A stretch of DNA of 64,000 nt from Raillietiella orientalis (lineage: Eukaryota). Positions 12,527 to 24,404 of the stretch are shown in pieces. Position 1 is the stretch's first letter. Every line of letters begins with the position of its first letter. The translations under genes and the position numbers were made by a program. Location of the stretch: the NCBI GenBank assembly GCA_036172245.1, contig JAYWIR010000026.1:2480001-2544000 (forward strand), read 5' to 3'. The notes below the pieces were generated by a model. It was not told the DNA's origin, made no database searches, and saw nothing but the letters and a program-made list of their open reading frames with translations.

Positions 12527-14389
12527 GCCACCAGAAAACTGTTTTTCCGGTGTTTCCTGGCGTTCGTCCTCACTGCTGATGGGATAGTTTTGATTGCAAT
12601 GACTTGGCATGAAATATACCTGGAGGGTGTATCTACTTTCAAAAACGTTGGGGCAGTAAAATCCTTGATTTCTGGATTGCACTGAAATAGAAGCTATTAA
12701 AACTATCTAGATGACTGTTGAAGCCATTTTCCTTGATTGTACGAAATTTAGGACAACCCACCTAGCAATCATGACCAAAGCTTTACACCAAAGTCCACAG
12801 CCTTGGTCACCAGCAGACTAAGTAATTGTACACAAAAAGGGTTCACTCATGTTGCCAATTACTAGAATAGAGAAGACGAATTTGGACCATGCCCTTCGAC
12901 AAAGTGCTGCTCATCAGTTATATCCTTCGAATCACACTTATCAGGGCTGTCAAACTGATCCACTGTTTCACATGTGAAAACACATATGCCTAATTACATC
13001 GAAATTACATTTGATCTCTTCTGACAAAACACCATTTGGACCCTTTGAGCAGGGACCACGTGCCATTTGCACAAGGCATTTGGTCAACGAAGTCACAGTA
13101 TGAACATTCACAAATTATCCTTTAATCAAATTTGCCTTTGAAATATACATATGAATAAAAATGCACCTTAGCAGGTGTTTCATCTATCATTGAATGAATC
13201 CCAAATTGTGCTGCATTTAATTTCAAGAAGATGCAGAAATGCTCATAATATGCAAAAACTTATGTACATTCGGTTTGATATTAAAATTTTTCCACTCTGT
13301 TTTTTTGACTAAATAAAGGTTGAGAGCATTGCATCAATAATCTCGACACTGAATCTCCAGCAAAAATGCCCATGCTTACACTACTTTGCTTCAATACCGC
13401 TTCACTTTTGAAAATGCGTTTTCAAAGCTGATGGTTTGCTAATTGGGAATGCAGAAAAATTGATTTCAAACTACTCCCCCTCCCCCAAACTCCATTACCT
13501 GAAATGCAGTATCGATAACATAAAACAAAGATTCGTTTTAATAGGGTTTTAATATCAGAAATACACGTAATTATCGCACCTTTAAAGTTTCTTCAATTTC
13601 TACAATGGATTGACTTAAAAGTAATCCAATCTGGTCTGACTAATGTGGCGTGTTTAATTCAGAGGAATACAATTAATAATAATTGCATGGAAAACGAAGC
13701 ATAATATCCACTAGAAAATATCCACATCAGCGTGTCGGCTTACACCTCTCAAGAACACTGCTTCAAAGACAGAAAGGAGCTGTTTCAAGAACACCAATCA
13801 ACCAATTGTAATCTGGATAAAACCAAACTCCAATAAACTCAACATTATAAAATGATAAACATTCATTTAATTTCATGTATAAGATAAATTTCTTTTTTCC
13901 AAAATTGGGGGCCAAAACTATAGATAATGGTCAATACAACTGGTTATGGTTTGGATCTGACTGTGGCAACCATAATCAAAATTCTGATGGCATTAAGAAC
14001 AGGGACGAATGGAAAATCGAAAATGGAAGGAAAAATTTTCTTCATTCGTTGTCTTTAGAAATACTATCGCAGATGGAAGTGCTATCCACGTTTGATGAAG
14101 GTTGCACTTTAGGCTAGAAAATTTTTGAAACATGGCATGTAGAGTATAAACTTAGCTAACCTGAATTAAGGAAACAGATGTGGTTCGTTTTCTTTTTCTT
14201 CCTACACTGGCGAAAAGTCTGCCTGTAAATGATCCAGTTTAGTTCATTTTTTTTTTTGTTTTTGCATATTCCATTTCAAGTGTAAGGAATCTTTTCAAAG
14301 TTAAAATAAACAAACAAACAAGCAAACATCATTCAGAAGAATTTATACCAAATAATAACGCATTAGGATAATAATATTCGATGAAAGCT

Positions 14390-17300
14390 TTTATTTTGAA
14401 CGTTGGTTTTTACGTCCTTTAATGAATTTCAAAAATTCTATTGCATGGAACAGACATTTCACTTTATATTTGTGACATCGGATGAATATGAACTGCATTG
14501 TGGATATGGAACTACTTAATTTTTCAACAGGGGCATTTCTTTTAATGGATTCCTAAATGCAGCACTAAATTCTATATGATTCCGATATGATTTTGATTCT
14601 TATATAAGCAGCAAGTCAACATATTTTACAATCCGGATTATTGTGATAGTTCATCATGAATTGAATTTTTGCTTCTTTATGTAACATCAGTACAGAAATT
14701 TGCTTTACATCAAACAAAATTTCCTCCTGCTTTTCTATTCTGATCGCACACCATGTGTCATCGACATTAAACATGCATGACATTTTTTGTTAAATACTTT
14801 CATGGACTCCAACAACACCTCTAAAAGGATGTACATTAAAAAGTAATTCACTACTGCATTATTTCATTATTATGAATTATGCTCATTATTTATGCAAGTA
14901 GCTAATTGACTTATATTCCAAAATCATTGCTTAATACTCATGACTTTGCAAATTCCATAAATTTTGTTAGCAATTCCTTCTAAAACGATTTCCTAAACTT
15001 TTGGAGAAACACATAAATTCATGTCTTTGGGACATGAAAATTTTAAAACGCTTTTTGAATTCAGTCATCACTCGGACAATAAGAATAAAACATAGAAGAA
15101 ATTATTTTCTGACTGTGATTGCAACACTTTTTCAATCATATTTAAAATATCTACTGCAGATTATTTCTGGAGACTTCAAACTGTTCAACAAAGGAAATCA
15201 TTGCTTTTGAGAAATCTTTTGTGGATGAATATGGTATTCCCAGAACCTTCCCTCATCTCTCATTTCATCACAATCTACATTGATATTAACATTAGGGGAA
15301 GCTTCTTTTCTGACAGATACCTATAAACTCTCATGAACTTCTGGAACTACTAACACTACCTGGTGACATCATACCATGAACATGATCACTATTATTCCGT
15401 TTTTCATTGACTACAGGCATCTATCCATTTTTTATTCAATCTTGATGTCTCAAGGGGACAGCTGTTCTACTTTCTTTCCAATCAAATCTTTGCTATGAAT
15501 AACATTGGATTTTCATTTTTATGTTGAATCTAATTTTCTGAGGATGTGAACTCATCTGAGGAATTATTTGAAATTATAATGCCTACAAGAGACAATTCCT
15601 CTTTTCAGCTCTATTCACTTCAGATGGGTCTTATATTTATGAATATTCAAAACATTCAAGAGATTCATACATTAGGGCATATCTTCACTCTCTCTCAAAG
15701 ATATTATTATGAATGCTATACTTTACATCAGGCTTAGTATACAATGAAATCTATATGTACAACAAAACCCCCATTATTGCTACATAAATTAAAAAGAAAA
15801 AATGAAAACGAATGAACAAAAGTTCAAGCGGAATTCCCAAATGCATACTGATTTTTTTGCAAACAATATGTAATTTTGGCGTTCATTCTCAAACACTGAA
15901 TCATATTCCATTTCAAATGTCATTCAATTAAACTTCTTGATAAGAAACAACAAAACTCTTGTTCCTTTTGACAGAAAATAAATATAGTGAGTTAGCATTT
16001 TGAAAAACACTGCTTTGCAACTGGATCAAAACGTCAGAATAACTTTTCACAAGCAGTTGACGACATTCAGTTTCCTGGAACAAAAATATGGGAGGTTTGA
16101 CTACTTGTTGCAGATTATGTAAATTCTCAAAATAAAATCCTTGTCAGAGTCATATAAACATTAAAAAATCAAGAACTATGAGACATAAACACAACACAGA
16201 TTTCATAGAACTGCTTTGCCATCGCAACAATGGAACTTGTGTTTCAAAGAAGGTTCACATCAATAAGGCATGCAAAATCGTCTCAATTGAATTATTTTAA
16301 CAACGCAATTTTAATATTTTTGGTGTTTCATGCCCACATAACTGCAAACCATGTCCATGAACATATTCTTGCATAATCGAAAGTTCATTCCGAATTCTTC
16401 AATTACTATTAACATACCTGAATATATTAGCAAGCACATATAGTAACTGCTAACAGTTTGATTTGTTTTAAGTTCACTGAAATGAAGTGTTGATTCTCAA
16501 GTATTTTCATGTTGCTGTTTGAATTTTCAGCTGACTTTTCTGAACAATTTGCATAGTTTTGTTGCTGATCATCAAAATTCATTACTTATGGCTGTTCCTT
16601 GCAAATCCAACTGTTTACAATAATTGTTCTGCTACTAAAAGTTATCAGTTTTCTCATAATTTTTAAATCTTCATGGATATCATCTTCTCTCATGTTTCCT
16701 TCAGAAATTTATTCTTGTTTCAGTATAAAGTTCTTAACATAATTTGCATTACTTAATTAATTTCCTGATTCTGTGTCCTAAATACAACTCTTTTCTCATT
16801 GTTTTACTTTTTGAACATTTGAAAATAGTAACTGTCTAATTGGTTTGAGATATTGGTTAAAGCGTATCTTTTTCCTAGACTTCATAATCCAATCCTGAGC
16901 ATCTTTTTTATACAAGGTTATTTATATTTATCAGTCAAGTCTTTCAGAACTTAGTTTGAACATACATCAAATTTTATCAAAATCCCTCATACTTTTTTCA
17001 CCATTATCAATTAACTTTTCTCAGCATGCCATCACAAACATGATTTGATTCATACAGTTAATGCATCTGGATATTAAAATCAGTTGAACCGAATCTAAGC
17101 AACATAGAATAAGGCTTCTGCTCAATTCAGAGAATGAAAACTATCAAATTATGCACCTTTACTGCAATTTTCCTCTTCTGGTAGTGGTCAAGTTTCAGTT
17201 GTGGTCAACTAACTATTCTTTCTGAACTAAAATAGAGCTAGACATTTTAAACAAGAATGGGTAGAAATATTTGTGGCATCCTTTGTTGTAAATACGTTTT

Positions 17301-18150
17301 TTCTTTTTTATTGTAGGTAATTTTGGAACATGCTAATGGAACATATACCCGTAAAACATACAGTTCAGAGGTGTCATGTTGCTGGGAATATGATTCTGAC
17401 AGTATTCCACTTTAATTCATAAATGTTTCACTCACTTCTATCGAATTGAATTTGATAGATTTTTCAATAATCACAGTGTTTCATTTAGAAAGTGCAGCTC
17501 CTCAAAACTCAATTCTTAATTACGAAATAAATGTTTTATTTCTGAAGTTCTGGTGTTTCAGCTTAAATTCCAAATCTAAATTTCAATAAAATTAATCTGA
17601 AGCACTTCAGAAACAGTAGTGCAGCTTTATATTTGACCTGAATTACAGTCTGGCACAGATGCACGAATAATACTTTGGCAAATTCTCTAATTGTGATTTT
17701 GATATTACTGTTTTCACTTACACAACTTTGTTGTTTCCAACAAGTTCTAATAAATTCTTGGATCACTCTAGCAACTCACTTCGTGTATTCTCTAGCAACA
17801 AATTAGATTTGCATAACCACTTGCTAGCTGAAATTTTAAATTCAAACTAAATATTTCATGCATATGCTTGCATCACAAAGAAAACCATCAAGACAACAGA
17901 CTTCACGAACTATGAGTTAGTTGTTTATCAAAGAATGACATTCATGCTTGAGTTTTTTTATACTCTACTTAACAAAATTCCAAAAGATTTCACTTTAAGT
18001 GAGACCTGTCTGTAATCTGTTAATCTATATGTAAAGTATACACTCAATTTTTCATCAGATACGAAAATCATGCTTACAATATCATATCAACATGATTGAT
18101 TCTGAAATTGTGAACTCTACAAGCTTCTTTTATGCTTACAACTGAATCAT
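14390..18150 (-). pseudogene. Decayed coding-like region, probably the former long 3' coding exon of the EMSY gene
   Basis: Lies directly 3' of the EMSY stop. Minus-strand fragments have the N/S/E/K-rich composition of disordered protein (e.g. ISEGNMREDDIHEDLK, NFDDQQQNYANCSEKSAENSNSNMK, KSNLLLENTRSELLE) but are broken by stops and frameshifts. There is an AATAAA on the minus strand near 14390. Confidence 0.4.
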
Positions 18151-18153
18151 CTT

Positions 18154-19405
18154 TCATTTAAATTTACACTGAAACTTTTCTTGAAAGAAATCGGAAAGTG
18201 TGGTACTCACAGATGGAGAATATTCTGCACTCAAAGCATACACAAATAATAATATAAAAATGGTATTGAAGATTTACCTTGAACTTCATCTGTATTATGG
18301 TTTAAGCACTTGAAGCCAGTCAGTTCTAAAACTTTATCAGCAAGAGCAGTATGAGCTGTTTGAGGAATAGCACGTGGAATATTAGGAATGAGATTTCTTC
18401 CTTCAATGAGCCATCTTACAGTGTTATTTGAGGCAAACAAGCTAAAATGAATTTCATAAATTACTATTCAGTTGAGCATGAGAATATAATTTTCGCATTT
18501 ATTGTCAGCAGTCTTAAAGGAAGCATACTTAGGAATATGTAGTCATGAAACATTATGTTTGTTTCTATTAGTTATCCTCAGTAACACACAATTGTTAATT
18601 ATCTTCAATCTTCCCTGGCAAAGGCACATTCATTTAATGTATACTTTAATTCCATCTAATCATTCCTTGGGTTTATCTCACTGGCTATGATTTTAATCTT
18701 GAATTCATTCCATTTAAATGACAAACTTTTTATTTCTTTCAATAAAGTGAAAGGAAACAGACCATCTCTTTAAGAAAACAATGTCATTATATTAATACTA
18801 GCTAACTATTAAGATGACTAGCACTTTTGTCTACTTTAGCACAACAATCCAAAAATCAATATCACTTTATGTTTGCTTTCACCAAAAGCAAACTAGGTAA
18901 CTACTAACCATGCATTTTAAAATTTCATACAGGAAGTAACCATTGATATTCAGTTTGTTTCTACATGGATTGACAAACAAAAGTAAGCGTTAAAAGAAGG
19001 CATGCTGCTTGCTTTTATTTTTCATTCATTAGTTGGATTGATTGAAATATGCAGTTTTTGATTATATGATGCAAATTGAGGATTCATATTCAAAGAATTA
19101 CTTTTTTGCAACTGCCGTAAGATATTCATCATTAAGAGCTCTTCTCACTTCTGCCTTATGTCTTTCATTTGTTATTGAAAGTATACTAGCTAAAGATTGT
19201 AAAAGCTGATGTTTTTCATCATTTAAATCGCCTTGTGCTCTAAATGCTGATACAACACTGCTATATGCTTCCACTTCTACAATAACATAAAATACAAAAC
19301 AAGATTATTTTATCCAATTGTCCAAACATCACAAATACCTAGTTGTTTAAGAATTAATTTATATGTTAACGAATTTCTATCAGCACATAATTGTAGAGTA
19401 TCCAT
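18154..19405 (-). CDS. EMSY: EMSY (BRCA2-interacting transcriptional repressor) homolog, ENT domain; predicted 158-aa product
   Basis: Exons 19405-19339, 19276-19102, 18441-18278 and 18224-18154 are all GT-AG with consistent phases. They give MDTLQLCADRNSLTYKLILKQLEVEAYSSVVSAFRAQGDLNDEKHQLLQSLASILSITNERHKAEVRRALNDEYLTAVAKNLFASNNTVRWLIEGRNLIPNIPRAIPQTAHT..., matching the ENT motifs LExEAYxxVxxAxRAQGDL, ERHxAEVRRAxNDE and WxxEGRRLxPxxPRxxPQTA. The last exon and the stop are less certain. Confidence 0.88.
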
Positions 19406-22400
19406 TTACATTTTGGCCACAAATCTAAAATCAAGACGCTTAATTAAAAATATAAAATTTAATAAATACAAAATATTAAAAAAATGGGAGCACACACTTA
19501 AGAATTGAACACAATGTTCACGTATGTGATAATGATGCCAATACTTTGCAGCTCACATTACAACTTTTGAATTGGATTTTACATACAATGACAATTGTGG
19601 TTCACGGCAATTGAGAATCAAGGGAAACTTCTCTTTTACGAATTTAAATAGTACACAACAGTTTTCTGAATCAGTTCTTAAAATGCATAATAACAATCAT
19701 ATAACTGATGGCAGTTAATAATGAATTAACACTTCGCCGCTGGCAAAAAGGAATTACACCGTTTTTATTTAGGATCTCATGAAGAAAGCAAGGGAAAATT
19801 CTGGTATCGAAAAGTAGGTAAGGCAGGCAAACGCTTCACACAACACAGCCCCATAAAATGGGAAAACCGTAAACCATGTGAGGGTAAAAACAAGCAAACT
19901 ATTCTACCAGCTACAAACAAAGCATTCCTTTGAACACAACTTTTCCTTTTTAGGAAGCCAACAAGCTGCTGGGCAAAAATGTCAGAAAACAGATCTCGGT
20001 GGCAAGTCCACTTCGTTACCCTCTAAGGGCACAAATTCAGGATGATTGCATTATGAGAGCATCCACAGAATCCCACAAATTGCACACTTCTGCTCCCACT
20101 GGCTGTGGATACGCTTGCGTGACTACCGGGGGTTTCCCGAGCAAAAGTTACATTGCTTATGGAATCAGACTGGCGGCGAGTCACGGGCTCGTTCTTGGGG
20201 AACGGGAAAGCTTTATTGAAATTATCTGGCGGTGTTAAATACGTATTGAGGAAACTGATTTATTTCTTGAGAATGCCTCCGACTTTCCGCTGACGCTGGA
20301 ATTCGAACTGCACCGCACGTGGATGCTGCGGAGGGATGCAACGCCCGGCTGTCTTCCAGCAGCCGCGCAGACGTCCCCACGGCCAAACTGTGTTTATGGG
20401 GAGCAGCAGTTCAGGATCCGAACACACTCTGTGTGCAAAGGACACTCCACCCTCCTCCCCAAGAACTTTCCCGGTAAAGGCAACTGAACTATTACACTGG
20501 CCAAGACGACTGTCTTATTGTTGACGCTATTCGGAGATGCTCTCTTTTGACGCCTCGGAGCTTCCACTTGGGTGTATTAAAAAGAAAAAGAAAAACATTC
20601 CCATGTGTTTTGCTGTCAAAACGCCAATGCAAACAGCCTAACGTACTGGCGTGTTTGCAAAACAGTAAATACGATGATGTATGAGCAACGTGATTTCGAT
20701 TAATGCGGGAACCCTGACTATCGTAAGAAAATTCAGCTGTTTGAAAATTCTGTAGCACCATGCTTAGAAATCAAATGTTTAGCAAAGTTATATGAAATGC
20801 CTGTTGTCTTTTGCATATAATGAGCCATATTTTTAGTTGCTTAGAATACTTGTGTTCCATATATTTACGATAATACAATAGGTGTTTGTTGAAATCGACT
20901 ACTGCTGTTTAAGAAAAGTTTCAAGAATGACCTCATAGGCAATTAGTAGCAGTGCTAGTGTCCAAACATGCACGCATTCTTTTCCATACCACCTACAGGG
21001 AACACATTGATATAGTAACCATATTTATAATATAATCCTTTATAGAATGCACTTTTTTGGCCTGCTAAAGGCTCAATGCATTAGAATTCCACTATACTTC
21101 TGTAGTATTCGAATTGTTTCTATTCGAAGGCTCTTAAATGCTTTCTTAAAACCTTAATGCTGAGAACATCCACTGATGATTGTAAATCCTAAGCATGTGT
21201 TCTTTAAGGTGTGCACGTGACGTTTTTTTTGTTGCTGCTGTTGTTTTGCGTTTATGAAAATCACGTCGCTTACTCCGTTATTAATTTCATTGGCCGGTTT
21301 CATGATTAGATAGTAGAATGGAGCAAAATCCAAGACTGTTATTTGCGACCGATACAACAGGCATACTTCTACACTCGGGGTCATTAAACGTGAAGGCGGG
21401 TAGGTGATGATGATGATTGGAATAGGAAGAGGAACTGACGAAAAAATAAAGTCAAGCTGAGCATTCGGAGCACACTGACCGTCTCAAGAAGCAATGAATA
21501 ACGACAAGGAAAGTTATCAAAAAACTGTCACTGTTATACACCAATCTTTATGAGAGAAGAATCTGGATAGAAGTCTGAAAACAACTTGTTTGTGCAGATT
21601 TATTAAATATTCGTATATACTGAGCTTGTTTTTACGTAGTAAATACTGAAAAAAAATAAGCAAGACTGAATGTTTTCACTCCATTCACAACAGCAAGCAT
21701 TGCGATCACGGGACTCCTGGATATAAGCGCATAAACTGTGCAGTTTGCGAGGGAGCATTAGCCACCATGAACTACTTTCACAGAAAGTACAATAGGAAAA
21801 ATAAATCAGGAGAGAGCGTTCTAAAAGTAATTTCCCCGTGACTTTGGAGTTTGAGCTTTGCCTTTTGGAGAGTAAATTTCTGCTCCTATAATTGGAATGT
21901 TACATTCGGTCTTCTGCACTCATGGACAACTTTGAGTTTCAAAGTCGCTACCATCAGATCTTTGGTATCCTCATGGAATTGACTTTAGAAAATCATGAAA
22001 CGCATTGTTTCCTGTAACTTCCTGTTAACTTTCCGAACTCCTTGTCGAAATTTCAGTATTCCATAAATGCCAGAGCTACCTTTGTTGTTAATAGAATTGT
22101 TTAGTAAATAGCACTGTTATAGAATTAGGTTGCAAGCGTAGTGGCAAATTAACCTTGCTCTTTGGAAAAGTAAAAACCAACTTTGAGCTTGAATCATATG
22201 TACTTTGAATATCAACTTTGAATCATATGTACCGGGAGTAGGTCCGTAGCATAAATCAGTTGTTTTACTTCTGAGTAAAAAGAGTAGGAATTTGCAAACT
22301 GTTTCGGTTGCAGTCGACCAGTTGGTATTCACTCGGACCCCGATTCACTAAGTGAGAGGGCATTAGTTCTTGAACTGTCGAGAGACAAGTGCGGGGCAAT

Positions 22401-23654
22401 AGGAGCATTGAGATACAGACAAATGAAGGATTTCTACCGTCTCTTCCCTTCAACTTTTCTTGAGGTTTTCGGTGGTTCATTAGTTGTTTCCGACACACAG
22501 GCGGGATGCTGGTGTTCGAGAGAGCCACTTCTTTCCTCATGTGTTTCACCAACTCCTCGGGAAGCTTTCGAATTCCATCAGAACTTCATCTATCTGATCT
22601 CGAGATTCCAGAGATCCCTACTGCGATCGCCCTCACGGCAGCAAGATCGAATCGGCATCCGATCGTCAAATCAGCATGGCCGAGTTACACCGAGTTCGGC
22701 AGACAGTGAACAATCGTCCGCCCATCTGACGAGAGATGGCATAGACAAGCAGGGATTCCCGTTTCTTGCAAGTTCGGCAAACCCATGTCGCAGTAGCCTT
22801 GACAGCTGTCCCTTGGAATCCAGGAAGTTATAAAAATTCTCTCACATTTCATGGCAGATTTCTCTTCTGACTCACGATCGACCGAGCCATACCCAGAGGC
22901 TGTTCTCACGAGGCCCTTGATCCGCGTCGGACCCCTAGGATCTTGCTGGCGTGCTCGCTGGTATCACCAAAGCATCCTCTGACGACGACTCCAGGAGACC
23001 TTGCGCCCAAACCTTTTGCGCACACCCTCGCGACCCTCCCACTCTTTGGGATCCGAGGAATCCGCTGTTCTCCAGCAACGGAAGGCAGGAACGGCTGCGT
23101 CTCGGACTTTTGGTGCAGGCCCCATGCTTGGGGACCGTCCATTTTCAGGGCTGGTTGTTTCGGCAGGAGAGTCGTTGCGCGTTCCTCATGAAATTCCGGC
23201 TTCCTGCTGCCCATAGCAACGACCAACTCCTTTCGTGGAATCCAGTGAAGGTCGCCTCGCGGCCGGATTTCAGCTGCAAAGCCCCTAATCATCCGTTTGC
23301 CAATGAGACTCCCTTTCCCTTTCGCTTCGACGAATCCGAGGCCCTGAAAGAAACTCTGGAGGGGACCGGATGCCAAATGGTTCGATGCTCCTTTCGCCCC
23401 TGTACCCATACCGCTTGGGGTCCACTTACACTTCGAGGTCGCAGAGGGTCTCCATCAAAATGTCTTCCGGCTCCTCGCCGTCCAGGCACAGTTCATCATT
23501 TGGGAAAGAATGGTGACCACTGTCGTTGAAATCGTAGTAGACAAATCATTCCGCGGAGGTGGCTGACTCTTCGAGATGCACATATGAAAACTCTAACGCC
23601 TCTTCCACCAAAATTCTACCGACAGCATCTCGGATAAAAACTAGCTCGCCGGCA

Positions 23655-24404
23655 GATCTATAGTATAAAATTTACTAAATATTTATATGCAGATTAGCAC
23701 AAATTTATTTCAACATACATATTTATTAATGTACATATCAATATAATTAATAATGTGCATTAATATTGTTAGTATATATATATAGTAAGTTTTGCTAAAA
23801 ATAAATGTATGAGTTTATTATATATTAATAAGTATTTACATATGAGATAAATACGTATTATATATTTATGTGTTGAATGGATATATAAATACTGAATTAT
23901 TGAAAACGAAAAATAATGATAACATTGAAATAGTGCAAGAAAATTCAGGAAGCAAACGAATTAATAAACCGAAAAAGAAACTTGGTATTTCGTCTTCCTG
24001 TCATTTCCCACGCCCAACAGATGACATTTTCGCGGGAAACGGCGAATTCTATTTTCCGGATTTCGATCGTACGATAAATGTGCGTTTATACTTCGATATT
24101 TATATATTCATTTCATATACATTTGTTTTATATTTAAATATATAATAAACATATGCACGTTTTATCATCTCTAATGTGTATTCATACATGTCAATGAATA
24201 TTAATAGATGTGTTAAAAAAATAAATTTGTACATCAATCTATGTATAAGTGAATGTACTAATACATATAATAAGCATATGCATTTATTTTTAAAATCTTT
24301 ATGATGTGTATTAATCAATATAATAAACATGTATTTATGTTTTAATGATCGTTCGGGATTTTGGTTTTCGAGGTTCCGGCGTTCGGGATTTTGAACCAAG
24401 CTCC
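23655..24404. mobile_element. AT-rich insertion, probably a truncated non-autonomous DNA transposon with a Mutator-like terminus
   Basis: Abrupt very AT-rich island inside GC-rich DNA. It ends in two gttcgggattttg motifs (24351 and 24381) and ...gaaccaagctcc, a subterminal repeat style I recall from invertebrate MULE/MITE ends. No matching left terminus or target-site duplication was found. Confidence 0.42.

Noticed and set aside
12250..12530. Retrocopy or SINE ending in the 44-nt poly(A)
   Set aside because: No target-site duplication, polyadenylation signal or pol III boxes are evident, and long A runs are common throughout the window.
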